From positions 32,984,001-33,048,000 of the forward strand of contig NC_043009.1 in assembly GCF_006345805.1 (NCBI RefSeq): a stretch of DNA of 64,000 nt. Reading direction: 5' to 3'. This document shows positions 1 to 15,149 of the stretch, piece by piece. Origin of the DNA: Octopus sinensis (lineage: Eukaryota). The translations under genes were made by a program, and so were the position numbers. The notes under the pieces were generated by a model. That model worked only from the letters and a program-made list of their open reading frames with translations. It searched no databases and had not been told where the DNA came from. Each line of letters begins with the position of its first letter. Within the stretch, counting starts at the first letter, position 1.

Positions 1-491
1 AGTAACTGCTGGTAAAAATTTGTACAGGTTCTACATACAAAACATGGCGCAACATCAATTTTTCAAATCGTTTTCTAACCTCAGCATAACATTATCTGAT
101 AGATACGCTGACGTAGCCTTCTCCCATTACACTGTAAATATTGGCATATCAACTGTACGGCAACTAAGTGATTTGATGTATTTGCATGTCACGGCTGCAA
201 AATACCAAAAAACTTGTTATTCTGTCTCCGTGAACTTCAGAATTAATCAGGTCTTGTATAATCATCAATCACCGTTCTAATGTCATTTCCTTTTTCTTCG
301 ATACACTGTTGCCCGGCTTCTAGTTCTTTATATCAACACCCACACGCACACACACACGCAACACACACACACGCGCGCGCACACACACATGCAACTTTGT
401 TCTGTATGCATGTATGTATGCATTATACATGTGTGTATGTATATAATCATTTGTATGACAGAATCAGTAAAAATATCTGTGTCTGTGTATG

Positions 492-540
<49 letters not shown>

Positions 541-581
541 ATCTATATATCTATCTATATATATATATATGTATGTATGTA

Positions 582-616
<35 letters not shown>

Positions 617-635
617 CATGAATGTTAAATGCAGA

Positions 636-685
<50 letters not shown>

Positions 686-1764
686 GCACACACACACACG
701 CACATGCTCAAACAGGAGTGCGTGTGTGTGCGTGTGTTGGCTTCTATTCATCCACAATGCGTACGTTCACTCATCTAAACGTATCCACGTGTCTGGTTGT
801 AGCTCTCCAAAAAATCAATAACAACAGTTTTAAAACAGCTTACCTCTATAATTCCCTTGACATGACCTGCTTTTTTTTATCCCCCTCCCCCTCTATTTCT
901 GTCTGTTTGTATTGAACTCTCTTTTCTCGTTCTTCATTTCTTTTCAAAGCTCTTATCTCACTTATTCTCTCTTACTCTCTCTTACTCTCTCTCTTTCTGT
1001 CTCTAAGTTCCACTTTTCTACCACATTCCTCGCTCTCCGCCATAATCAACAACAACAACATCAACAACAACAGTAACAACAATGATATCAAATATAATGA
1101 TTACCACGAGTTCAATGCTAAGATCAAAGCGGTATCAACAGCAAATATCGCTATTTCAGATGCAGATGATTCTATACCAATAAATTCGAAATAATGTAAC
1201 AATGATAACTTTGTTGTTGCTAATATTGCACTTTTTACAGCAATAATAGTTTCTTTCTCTTTCTTTCTTTTTTTAATTGCCTTTTGCTGCTGCTGCTGCT
1301 GCTGCTGTTACTGCTACCACTGCTGCGGATGCTGTTGTTCGCGGTGCCGCTCTTGTCTTCCGTGTTGCTATTATTGTAACTATAATTACAGAATAAATAT
1401 TGTTGAAATATTGACTCCTTTTCCCTAGGCACAAACCACTTCTCCAGTCAGATCTAAGCAAAAAGACACATAATCAAAAACCACTCCGGCCATGACCATC
1501 ACATGCAATTTTTCTTTCCAACATCATATTTAGATCGGCTTTTTCAAATTCGTTATTTTCTTATAAAAACAGGGTGTGATTCGATGGACCTTTCACACTT
1601 CTTTGACCTATGACACTTTGACCTTTGACACTTCTTGCTGCTGTTATTATTGTTGTCTTCGGGGTTTAGCCCTCTGTGCCTTCTGAATGTGTAGACATAT
1701 GTTCTGAATCTTTCCAGCTCTGACCATCTCGTCTTTTTACGTTATCTAATATTTTCCTCGCGTT

Positions 1765-2208
1765 AGGCGGCGAGCTGGCAGAATCGTTAGCACGCTGGGC
1801 GAAATGTTCGTTTTTAGCGTCTTGTGGGTAGTAAAGAAACAGGTATTTTGTCTACCGCTACGTTTTGAGTTCAAATTCCGCCGAGGTTGACTTTGCCTTT
1901 TATCCTTTCAGGGTCGATTAAATAAGTACCAGTTATGCACTGGGATCGAGGTAACCGACTTAATCCCTTTGTCTGTCCTTGTTTTTCCCCTCTATGTTTA
2001 GGCCCTTGTGGGCAGTAAAGAAATGCGTATTTCGTCTGCCGCTACGTTCTGAGTTCAAATTCCGCCGAGGTTGACTTTGCCTTTTATCCTTTCAAGGTCG
2101 ATTAAATAAGTACCAGTTATGCACTGGGATCGAGGTAACCGACTTAATCCCTTTGTCTGTCCTTGTTTATCCCCTCTGTGTTTAGCCCTTTGTGAGCAAT
2201 AAAGAAAA
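1765..2208 (+). mobile_element. tRNA-derived SINE (family B) with internally tandem-duplicated 184-bp body
   Basis: Head GGCGGCGAGCTGGCAGAATCGTTAGCACG and B-box-like GAGTTCAAATTCC. The body occurs twice (1843-2024, 2027-2208). The same family recurs at 6792, 35302, 35860 and 48530. Confidence 0.85.
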
Positions 2209-3406
2209 TATATTTTCCACTTGTTTTAATGACAGTAGCATTTGTTAAGGGGGAAATTAGTCTCCTATTTCTAGTAAGTTAACAGAATACATAGAAGCTC
2301 GTTCCCGTCTCCTTGTGTCATTCTCTTATTGTCCTCGTTATTACTTCTTGCTGTTGTTATTTAACCTGTGGTAGCCCTGTTGGAGCAGATGTACGGTCAA
2401 AGTGGTAGAAAACCTCTCCTGCAATAGAAAGCCGAGCAAACGTTCTAAGCCATAATTTCTTCAGTCAAAAAAATGTTGGACTTTTTAAAAGAATACAAAG
2501 TGAGTGAATACTTAGGATCGGAAACGAATAAATGTATGTATGTACGTATGTATGTATGTATGTATGTATGTATGTATTTCTATGTAAGTATGTATGTATG
2601 TATGTATGTATGTATGTATGTATGTATGTATGTATGTGCATGTATGTGTGGATGAGAGGATTTACTGCGGAATCTTTACAAACGATTGTATCTCTCGTTT
2701 GTATTTTTGGCCTCCTGTCTCTGACCTCTCAGATGCCAATTCAGTCCCACTGCAGATCTGCATGGTTTGAGGTATGTGTGACTGACAAACGTTGTAACTT
2801 CCACTGGATTCATCGGATCACTTCATGAAATATGAATCTGTGACACGCTATAGTTCTTTTCAGACAAAAAAATCGATTTGAAGGCCGTTCCACACACTAC
2901 ACAGGTCGCATCGCCCGGAGTGTAACACGAATTACGTGATGATGCGAAGAAAATTTAAAACGCAAATCCGTAAAAGGCTTCATACGAGTGGGATGAAGAT
3001 ACCAAAGCGTATAGGAGTTACAAAGCTGACAGTGCCAGGCTTTCCTGAGACCTCAAAGCGCTTAATTGTCTTGGCTTTGATGGAACTTGACAGAACTTTA
3101 AAAATTAAGCGTGCACAATGGAATACAAAGTAGTTGATTTTAGAATGAAGAAACATGAAGATTAATTTGATGATAATTATCCTACCATCAACCACTTAGT
3201 GAAAATGATCCAAACCCACACACACACAACACACATACACACACACACGTATATATATATATATATTATATATATATATATATAAGAAATTTAAATAACA
3301 TGACATTCACTAGTATACAACTGTTTCTAGTGTTCGGTGCAATGTCCTCGTAGTTGAATGCTTGTTCTCAAGTCTGGGTGTATATATATATATATATATA
3401 TATAGC

Positions 3407-3475
<69 letters not shown>

Positions 3476-3516
3476 CATTATTATTATTATTATTATTATT
3501 ATTAATAATAATAATA

Positions 3517-3569
<53 letters not shown>

Positions 3570-3789
3570 TTCTGTTAAACATTAACATCTCTTCTCCATT
3601 TTTAACATATGTTGAGTTTCTATGGGATAACTTTCCATAAATTCTCATAACACACCATATACATTTAATAATTTCATATTCGCAAAAAACCTTACGCCAG
3701 TAAGCTACCAGCAAAATATGAAGAATCTTTGTTAGAAATCTCCTTTAGGAACACTCCAAAGTAAAGAATGAAATATAATTCAACCTCTC

Positions 3790-3826
<37 letters not shown>

Positions 3827-3891
3827 GTATGTATACATGTGTGTACGTACGTAAGCATACATATATTTGTGTGTGTATATGTATAGCTATA

Positions 3892-3928
<37 letters not shown>

Positions 3929-3931
<3 letters not shown>

Positions 3932-4760
3932 ATCAATATAGGGTGGTGAAAAAAATTTTGTAGAATTCTTTTTGCCACCAGCGGCCTAGTGGGAAAAAAT
4001 TAAATAGTCGTAGACCATTTTTAAGTTCAACATCAACAATCAAGGAACGGCCATAATAGGCCATTCACCCACTAGAAATAACAGCCAAAGCTTCAACCGC
4101 AAATAAAGATCAATTCCGTAAACAGGAGAAAATTTAAAAAAACATTTACCCTGTAATTTCTTGTACGATGCACCGTTTCGTCTGCTGTTTAATGGTAAAC
4201 TAACCTGATTAAATTAAATCAAGCCAATCTTCCATAGGCCCTCAGATTCTTCAGCAAGAAATAGCCAAGTCGGAACAGATATTTTCACGAGGCATTTCCG
4301 ACCCTACCAAGGCAATATCTGACCTAAAATTTTCAAATCGTCGCACTCGCGCCAAATTTATCGGCAGCAAATAAATATAAGCCGTCGATTCCATTACGGA
4401 ATTAACCAGAAAATTCATAATTAATCAATATAGGGTGGTGAAAAAAATTTTGTAGAATTCTTTTTGCCACCAGCGGCCTAGTGGGAAAAAATAAATAGTC
4501 GTAGACCATTTTTAAGTTCAACATCAACAATCAAGGAACGGCCATAATAGGCCATTCACCCACTAGAAATAACAGCCAAAGCTTCAACCGCAAATAAAGA
4601 TCAATTCCGTAAACAGGAGAAAATTTAAAAAAACATTTCAGGGTAAATGTTTTTTTAAATTTTCTCCTGTTTCCGGAATTGATCTTTATTTGCGGTTGAA
4701 GCTTTGGCTGTTATTTCTAGTGGGTGAATGGCCTATTATGGCCGTTCCTTGATTGTTGAT
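3929..4760. repeat. Direct duplication plus fold-back inversion
   Basis: 3929-4148 is repeated at 4420-4638. 4645-4760 is the reverse complement of about 4521-4638 around the loop CAGGGT. Confidence 0.9.
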
Positions 4761-4770
4761 ATATATATAT

Positions 4771-5690
<920 letters not shown>

Positions 5691-6707
5691 ACAAAAAGGC
5701 CAAACTGTACTTACTAGAACATAGCACTAAATTTCTGTGGACAACAGTTTTATGTTTTATTTATCATTGCAAATTTCCTTTTTATCATTAACTCTACAAT
5801 TTTAATTAATATTTTCATTTTCACTGAAGTAATACAGGTATTTTTACCTCGCTAGACGTACAAATGACAATAAAAAACACATCAGGATAATTTAATAATA
5901 TCAAACAGAAAACTGATCAGGTCTAATTGTTACGTTAAATTGATCACTTAAATTACTACTACTACTACTACTACTGCTACTACTACTACTACTACTACTA
6001 TTGCTGCTGCTGCTGCAACTACTGCTACTTCTACTACTACTACTACCACCACGACCACCGCCACGACCGCTATTACTACAATTACAATTACTACAGAAAC
6101 CTTATTTATTATTCCATTCCAAGAAGTCTTCTAAAATTTTCTGTTGCCAAACAATATTTGTGAATTTATATATGTGAGCAGACATATGTTTTTCGTTATC
6201 ACTGTATTATTATCGTAATTATCGTTGCTTTTGTTGCTGGTTTACTGTTCAGCTATGGCTTTGCCAGACCAATGCGATTGAAGTAGTCAACTGGGAATGC
6301 TTGTTTTGGTGGAATAATGTACTAAACAAGCATATGGTCCAGTTATCACGGTGTTGTATTTATACATATTTCATCGATCCCCTACTGTGAATGAAAGGTT
6401 AAAGCAACGTTGGTCAGGCTTGATCACAGAAACGCAACAGAGTAAAAACATTGGTGAATTATCGAATTTAATAATTGTATAAGTTAGCAAAGTGTCAAAT
6501 TGTCATCTGAAAGGTCGATGACTTCCATCGAGCTGTGTTCCTGATCAAGAGAAATATTTCTTTCTGGAACAGTCCACCTGATCATAAGTAGACAGTTGGT
6601 ATTATTTGTAGGTAGAGGCGAAAGCTATGCTTATGGGATTTACAGTAAGACAAGCGAGTGTCAGACGCAAGGTTTGCTTACTTCGAATTCACCCGTGTGG
6701 CTGGTTG

Positions 6708-6775
<68 letters not shown>

Positions 6776-6791
6776 TAATAATAATAATAAT

Positions 6792-6986
6792 TTTGGTACA
6801 AGGACAGCAAGTTTGGGGGAAGGGGTAAGCCAATTTCATTGACACTGAATTGCTACTTATTTTATAGACCCTCAGATGGATGAAAAGTAAAGTCGACCTC
6901 GGCGGAATTTGAACTCGGAACATAAAAACGGATGAAATGCTGCTAAGCATTTTGCCCGGCGTGCTAACGATTCCACCAACCCGCCT
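6792..6986 (-). mobile_element. SINE family B copy
   Basis: Reverse complement of the family B head and body; its tail abuts an (AAT)n tract. Confidence 0.75.
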
Positions 6987-8198
6987 AATAATGATCTTTT
7001 CTACTATAGGTTAATAGCCTGAAATTTTGGGAGTTCAAATTCTGCCCAAGGATACAAATTCCGCGGACGGTCAGAACTCATCACAGAACACGTTACTACA
7101 ATTAATTATGAAAGCGTAATTAATACCACGTAACTACAATTAATTATGGAAGTGGCAATGTGTGTAAGTGGTGCGACCATTTGCTCCTGGTGTCGATCGA
7201 TGATGATCAATAATGATAAGTTTGAAATCAAAATTCAATCACATTTTGAGGCAATGCATTTCGATCATCCTTTCAGTTATTTTATTGTTTTGTAATTATG
7301 TAATGAGGAATGTGGACGTTGCGTCAATGTCTTTTCAAGCCATTCCAAACTGGTTTGGTCAGTGCACTGCAAAATTCACTTGCAATAAAGCATGAGAACA
7401 ATACCAACCATTTCTGTGAGAAACCGCCGTCAATTTTGTAATAATAACAGGAAACAGAAATTACAAAATTCTCGCTGCCCAAAGGACACTTTAAGTAATA
7501 GCAACAACAGCACCATCACAATTATCATCATTAATAGCAAGGATAAGGGCAACAACAACAAAAAATATTAAAAAATAACAACAAAGAAAATTTCATGCCA
7601 AATCGATGCAGAAAATATTTTTACTTCCTTTTTTATCTTAAATTAATTTCCATAAACAAAATACTGAAAGGATTGAATCATATACAAGTGCGATATCCAG
7701 ATTTGCCTCATCAACCGTTCATTCACTTCCAGTCTCTTCTATATTTCTCTATTTTGCTTTTTGCTTTCTCTATTTTTTAATATTTTCTTTGTCCCCACAC
7801 CTTAACGCTTCCTTATTCCATTGAACGAACACAACCTTCGAGATTTTCCAGTATTCTTCTCAAGTACCAACACACCTTCACCGCCTCCCCCTCCAGCACC
7901 TCTTATTTCTCGTCACTTCACAGAACATTCCTTCGACAGATTTCTTTAATGTTTTCTTGTTCTGTTCCCCTTTCCTTCTTATTTCTTTCTTATACTCTGC
8001 GTCACTTCAACAACTTCTATTGCACCTGCTCCCTCAATTCACTTCCAATGCCCACTTTTGCCAACTAATACCAATTATGGAGATGTATGGCCCGCTCCCT
8101 TCCTCTTATTCTCTCTGTCTCCGTGAATTCATCTTCTCAACAAGTTCAAATCCTTCTTCTTCCTAATATTTATTTTCATCTATTACGTTACTTTCACC

Positions 8199-8254
<56 letters not shown>

Positions 8255-9779
8255 GCTACTGCTGCTGCTGCTGTTGCTTCTGCTACTGCTGCTACTGCTG
8301 CTACTGCTACTACTTTCTCATTTGGCTCAAAGCCAACGAACTTAATGCAAAGGTGTAAGTGGAAACCACCCATCGATCCCAACAGTCTACGGGTACTTTA
8401 TTTTATCAGGTCCGAATCGATGAAGGAATTCCCATAAAGCTGCGATCTAGTCTCATTTAAAGTTTAGTATTCTGTTATAAGATTTAAACTCTATAGCTAA
8501 AACAAATTTTAACATTTTCATGTCAAAGAACAATTCTTTTGTTCTTGTCATACTAACAACATCACTGCCTTTGGCAATTGTCGGCTGCTACATCCAAAGA
8601 TACAAGTCAAATAGATTTTTTATTCTATATTTATAATCTCATTCTAATATTTCACGAATATACTTATTTCTTAACTCTCACACCTTGGATATTAAGTACA
8701 ATAAGATTAGACTTTATTAAAACCTCTAAAATTTAAAACTAAATTTGATTTTCAGATTTAACCATCTTTGAAGTATGCTATAATTTATTAATTCACATAG
8801 GATATTGTTCCAAATATTATAGTAAATATTCTTATATTTCAGCCAAATATTGAAAAATGATCAAATTATATAAATTGCATACAAGTTAGTAGTAAATAAT
8901 AAATAAATAAATAAATAAATAAATACAACAGAACTAAAATGGTCTCATTAAATATTCATTTTTTTACTATAAAATTACATCTATAAGTTTTTTCCCCCTC
9001 TATCTTTTCACAGAAGAAATAGTAATTAATCTTTCAATGTTGCAGAGACCCTATATCAGACGTTTTGAAAGGCTCTATTTCTCCTGGCTTTCTGAATTCT
9101 GAGTGCACAAATTAGCGCCGTCAATTTTGCTTTACATCGTTTCGTGATCGATAAATAAAGTATAAACAAGAGGAAGAGATGGACAGAAGAATTACTATAC
9201 CAGATAAATGCCTTCGGGTATCTCTTCTGTTTTTTTTTTATGTGTGTGTGTGTATTTTGAGCTAAATTCTGGTTGATTATTCAAATCATTCCGATACCTT
9301 TATCATCACCCGTCATGGAAGAAAGAATGAAATTGAATTGGAATGGGCGGTAAAATCGACAAACATCTTCAAACTGACAGCCTTTCTATTGCCTCAATAC
9401 ATATATGACCATCGAACTTGTGGTAAATTCTCCACATTAGTCAAACACATTTGCGAAAGGACTAAGGATTTTAGAAATTTGGGAAGAAACCTTGACAGCA
9501 AAGAAATGCCGCCGACAACGACAATACAATTAATCTCACCTTAGTATCCAATTTCTATCACAGACAACTCTTTAATAGAAGACTTCCTACATTGTCTGAT
9601 ATTCATTGCCATATATGGAAAAAAATGCCAGTACTTCAGGACAGAAAGCTGATTAGAATCACATTGTACATCTTATTCCATAGGCAGCAGCATTTCAAAT
9701 CGGGAAATAAATCCACTGCCCCGAGAAAATAAGATTAGTCTAACGCCCTCACGCCACCCCAACAATGCGATTATCCATT

Positions 9780-10140
9780 AGCATTGGTAAGCATTCACAT
9801 CTATCTGATGAATGCTCATCTTCGAACCGTTACACTTCTTGGTTTCCCCACCGCTGAACATTCATCTCACCATTTCAACGTTTTGTATTTCTATTTACCA
9901 ATGCAGATACCACCATTAGTTTCTAAGAATTTAGTTGCTTCACTACTTCATATGCAGAATTTTCACTACCAACTAGCATATTCCTCAAACTCTATAGTCT
10001 TCGAGAAAGTTTTCAATAATTACAAGAAAGGCTTCCCATTGTCTTAGCTCTGTAGAATCAAATTTCTCTTCAGACTTTTGAATAATGAATTACTTTTTAC
10101 GAATTATTCTGGTGACAATTTTGGCTTCTCATTTCAAGCT
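9780..10140 (-). pseudogene. Degenerate ORF resembling an unclassified invertebrate DNA-transposon protein
   Basis: Manual translation SEEKFDSTELRQWEAFLVIIENFLEDYR resembles the 'AWEAFxxVVxNFLGNxR' segment I recall from such proteins. Many stops; the match is from memory only. Confidence 0.3.
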
Positions 10141-11557
10141 TTCAAATGTTTCCATTCAATATCTGAACTGAATTCCATTTTAAACAAAATATCTTTGAAA
10201 ATTCTTCATTTAAATTAATGATGTATGAAAGTATGAAACCAAAGAATATCTTTGTATGTACTGTGTATTTCTTCAATCATCTAAGTCTCTTCATTATTCC
10301 ATCAGCCCCACAGACTTTTTCTCGAAGATTTAGAAAAACATACATTCTTTACAGAAAACATACCCAATAAATATTACAGACGTTTTTACAGCAAGCCATA
10401 TTTATATATGGGTTTTGTATAAATGAAAAATATGATTCTTTTTATGCCATCAGACAATTTTCATTTTGACTTCTATTCACAATTTATCATTGCTAGATTA
10501 ATGAAAAGTAATATACATAAGATTGTTCCAAATTGTGATGAACATAATTATATTTAAGTGGTGTGTTGATTAAAACATTCCAGCATCGCGTGATAGAAGG
10601 TAAATGTCTTAGACAAAACATCCCTTTCAATCGGAATAAGAGAATGGCGTCAACACTTATTTTATGCTGTTCAAAAATATGTGTGACATCAAAATTTATT
10701 CACTTTATGTGCATGGTTTAACCCTCCATAATTGCAAAGAACGTGTGAAGAAGATTATTGAGTCTAAATTGGTTTAACAAAATTTATATAAATGTGTAAG
10801 TCGGTAGATTGTGTGACAGAAAAAAGTAAAACGCTTTTTAAGCAATTTCGTTTCACATCTCTAATTTTTAAGTTAAAAACTAGCATTTTTTCAAAAGTCT
10901 TGACTTCGATTTTTGTGTGTTGTAGATGTATTTTAGAACCATTCTGAGTCACTATGCCCTTCACCTACAAATGCATATATTTGAAACGCCGAGCAAGACC
11001 TTAATATGATCTGAGGACAACTATTGTTCTCTTTAGATTCATTAATCAGTATATGAATTTTAATTAGATTTTATAAAACGTATATGAAACTCTGCAAATA
11101 AGTTATTTTGCTCGGGTCTGCAACACACGTACTAGACTACGGAGTGAAATTGGGCGAAACGATTTCTATTTAACTCTCTACGGAAACTAAAATTCAAATT
11201 TTAAATATTCTGAGACAAGACGGATTTCTTTTCCCCAATGCCGACCGTCACTGGTTTCTTGTGATCGAGCTATTTATTTTACCGAATATTATATTTATAG
11301 CAATAGGGAATGGAAAACACTTTAGTAGATGAGACTTTACTGCAATTAGTTAATACTAGTATGATATAAGACAACAACACAAGAATTACCTTTGATGCCA
11401 ACCGTCCGAGTGGTAATGAACTAAATCATATAGTATTATCTAACTTTAACAAGTTACTACGTCATTCTTTAATGTTCATTTCACTTAAAAGGACGTGAAA
11501 TTTAAGGAAAACGCAACCATAACTTTATGTGTGTGTGTGTGTGTGTGGTGTGTGTGT

Positions 11558-11591
<34 letters not shown>

Positions 11592-11898
11592 TGTGTGTAT
11601 GTGTGTGTGCGCGTAGTTAGCTTTAATTTCATTTGTTTACTGCTGAACTATGCATTTACGCTCGCGCACAAAGTTTGAAAGCAAAACGGATAAAGATGTT
11701 GATGCTTTGTGCACGTGTTTTCGGTACGTATTTGCAACAACATAATTATTCATTAATTAGCGATTTCGCTGACGAGCCACAGATTCCAAATTAATTTACT
11801 TTGGAGATTAATGGCGAAATTCGAATTCGGGATTAACTAATTCACTTTTTTTGCTCGTTCTGGTGTTATAATCGGCGTGCCCATGAATTCTTCTTTTC

Positions 11899-12226
11899 GT
11901 AGTGGCACCTTGAGTAAGTGTCTTCTACTATAGCCTCGGGCCGACCAAAGCCTTGTGAGTGGGTTTGGTTGACGGGAACTGAAAGATGCCCGTCGTATAT
12001 ATGTGGGGGGGGGGTGTCTTTGTTTGTTCCCCCAACATCGCCTGACAGCCGATGTTGGTGTGTTTACGTCCCCGTAACTTAGCAGTTCGGCAAAAGAAGC
12101 CGACAGAATAAGTACTAGGCTTACAAAGAATAAGTCTTGTGGTCGATTTGTCCGACTAAAGGCGGTGCTCCAGCATGGCCGCAGTCAAATGACTGAAACC
12201 AGTAAAAGACTAAAAGAATAGAAGAA
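11899..12226 (+). mobile_element. tRNA-derived SINE family A, 5'-truncated
   Basis: Matches the 37917-38352 copy from GTGGCACCTTG to the tail GCATGGCCGCAGTCAAATGACTGAAAC. Confidence 0.85.
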
Positions 12227-12325
12227 TATATATTATATTATGTTATATTAATTTACGTTATATTTTATTAACTGCCCTATACACAAAATTACTTTTTATT
12301 CATGTTCCCTGTACATCAGCCTTAC

Positions 12326-12468
12326 CTGAGTGAGGATTTTGAGATATATAAATCTCTGCGAGAAAAGACATCATTCTATCCCGTTGCTCCACGCTTCTCT
12401 ATTTATGGAGAATAGAATATTGCAAGTAGCCCCACCACGAGTCTTACTGTAGTAAATCTCATCCGATT
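12326..12468 (-). other. Candidate spliced exon, possibly UTR plus start codon (MMSFLAEIYISQNPHS)
   Basis: Acceptor CTGTTTTCTCTCTCTTTCAG and donor CAG|GTAAGG. All three frames contain a stop, but an ATG frame is open to the donor. Confidence 0.3.
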
Positions 12469-13029
12469 CTGAAAGAGAGAGAAAACAGAATCAACTCCAC
12501 AACATGAGTGCTGCTTTATTTATCGACACACTGAAAAGAAAAACTGAAATCGGTTGTACTTGAACATAGATCACAGAAAGCCGAGTCAAATACCAGGGCA
12601 TTCTCTCCGACGCTCTATAGCCATTAATAATAATTCTGCTTGTCATTGCGTTACTTAACCCAACGGTAACACTTTCACGTGATTAGAGAGAGAGAGTGAA
12701 AGAAAAGAAGGAAAGAGAAAAAGAGGGAGAGAGAGAAAAAGAAGGAGAGAGAGAAGCGTCCATGACGTGAGGTAGAGAGATTGTAAATGTAACGTTTTCA
12801 CGTGATTAGTTGAAGGGAAGGAAAGAAAAAAGAAAAGGAAGAGAGAAAAAGATGATAAGGCGAAGAGTGAGATATAGATAGAGGGAGAAAGAAAAAGAGG
12901 GAGAGATGAAGAAGAACGTAATATCTATTACGTGGTTAAAAAAGTTAGTTGAAGGCAGTGATATTGAGAAGGTGAGTTTAAGATATAATTTTAGCAGAGG
13001 GGTGATGTTCTGATGGTGAGATTTAAGAA

Positions 13030-13175
13030 AAGCACAGAGAGAGGGAAGAGAGAGAGAAAAAGAGGGAGAGAGAGGGTGAGAGAAGGGAGGGTGAGAGAGG
13101 GGAGAGTGAGAGAGGGGAGGGTGAGAGATGGGAGAGTGAGTGAGGGGAGGGTGAGATAGGAGAGGGTGAGAGAGA
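13030..13175 (+). repeat. G-rich ~15-bp minisatellite (GGGTGAGAGAGGGGA-like)
   Basis: About 9 degenerate units; explains the SHPPL-repeat ORF on the minus strand. Confidence 0.7.
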
Positions 13176-15114
13176 CATGATTGGTGATTGGATAGTGAAA
13201 AGTGTATTTTTTTACATTGAAGTAAGTTTTTTATATCACTTAATGCATGTCCACACGTACAATTCCGTGAAATATTCACGCTAATTTACGCGGCAGACAT
13301 ATGCAATTTAACTAAAGACTGTATCATATGTACGGAATATTACTTTATGAGTGCTCTGTATTAAGTCTCTAAAATTGTGCATAAAGTATATAATGTGAAG
13401 TAAATAATCATCGTATTCCAATTTCTTTCACTTTTCAATGAATAGCAGATGAGTGACTATCTTTCTATACAAATACAACACATGCTACTCTTTCAGTTTT
13501 TTGGGGGGATACAGTTTTCAGAAATAACCCAATAGGTTTACCATTAATTCCGTTAGATATTCCCGGCTCCCGCTAGTAATTACATAATATCTATATGCCT
13601 ATATTATACAAACCTCACTACAATAAAGAGATTGATATTTAATCGAATTTTACAAAGTAATATTTGGTATTTCAATCTTCGGATATATACGAAAGCACGT
13701 GTTTAGTAAATGAACTTGGACTGTCGTCTGATGTGATCAGCTTCATATTATATCCAGTAATTGAATTGTAGACTATTTATATGAACCTATAACATATCAG
13801 ATGGTGGTCGACCATGTATAATACATGAGCGTATAATTATTGCCAGCATTGGTAATGAAAGTATATACTGGTCCTCTCAAGGAAACTATCATCAACCTCA
13901 TACCACATCATCTTAATACCACCTACGATCAATTTAATACCACAAAATCCAGCAGTAAATATCGATCATATGATGCTACTTTTAATCGTAGTTCCTATTT
14001 TTCAATGGTATCTTCCTAAGCCAAAGTTCCCGTTTACAACGGTTTTCTCGTTGGGCACTAAATCATTCAAGATGGCGAGGTAGCAAAATAGTTGCATGTC
14101 AGACAGAGTAAATACTTGTTGGTAATCTCTTGTGATCTATACAGTTTTTTAAATCCAAATGCGGCCGATTTTTGCTCTTCATATTTCCAAGATTAGTATA
14201 ATTAAGTATAAATTCGAAGCAGTGAACTCACACGTTCTTCCAATAATTACATACAATGTTTTATGATACATTTTCCTATTGTTTAATTTTCGGATATCTT
14301 AGCAAATATTGTGATTTTGTATGTATCAAGCCAATATGGTGTATTGCAAAAACAATAAGCGAAAGAAGGTTACGACATGCTGAATTTAATGTTTTCTATC
14401 AGATCACGTTACTTGTCAAGAAAATCTGGAAGGGCTGGTTGTCTTCCGGCTCGCAGAAAGGAGAAAAACACCATCTTCCTAGTGACATTGACAACTGAAG
14501 GAGAGCAGCCAAATAATATAGATCTTCAGCGAAATCCCTTTCAAATCACATCCCAAAGTTTGAGATGAAATATAGCAAAACTTACGGTATAGACATGTCT
14601 AGAATGTTTTCAATCGTAAGCTGTCTCAATGATGACCGGTTATTAAACAAAGAATGTTACTTAAGTCTAGAGCCATTTCTTTCTAATGTACCAACGTTAA
14701 TCGGATGAAACGCCAGTATCCCACGTAGATAAAATGCCGCATTATATCAGCAACATTGTTCCAGCAATAACAGCCAAAATGAACACTGTGATATAAACAG
14801 ATCGTCATTGGTTTTATATTGATAATGTATACTACTACTATGGTTTAATGAACAAAAGTATGTACTCGAAACCGTGTTCTCTATGTCCCTTGTTGTGCAT
14901 GTTTTCTCTTAGACATCTGCTCTTTTCTGTATCGAATAAAGAAATATATTCTATTTTATATGTTTTATATCTATCGTACATATGGAGAATTCTAGATCCA
15001 ATTTCAATGAATTTCACCAATTTTCTATAAATACTCACACATCTTGGTATGAGGGTTCTCACGCCCTCACTCACTCACTCACCCTATTTCTACTACTCTC
15101 GCTTTCTTTGAATA

Positions 15115-15149
<35 letters not shown>

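Noticed and set aside
280-915. ORFs rich in YI, CV, TH or poly-amino-acid runs, here and throughout the window
   Set aside because: They are translations of (TA)n, (TG)n, (TATG)n, (GATA)n and triplet microsatellites, which lack stops in some frames.
2436-2466. Minus-strand CUGAAGA...GAACGUU motif
   Set aside because: GAAA is incomplete and there is no stem II.
12806-13279. 157-aa ORF with SHPPL repeats
   Set aside because: It is the antisense reading of the G-rich minisatellite and GA tracts.
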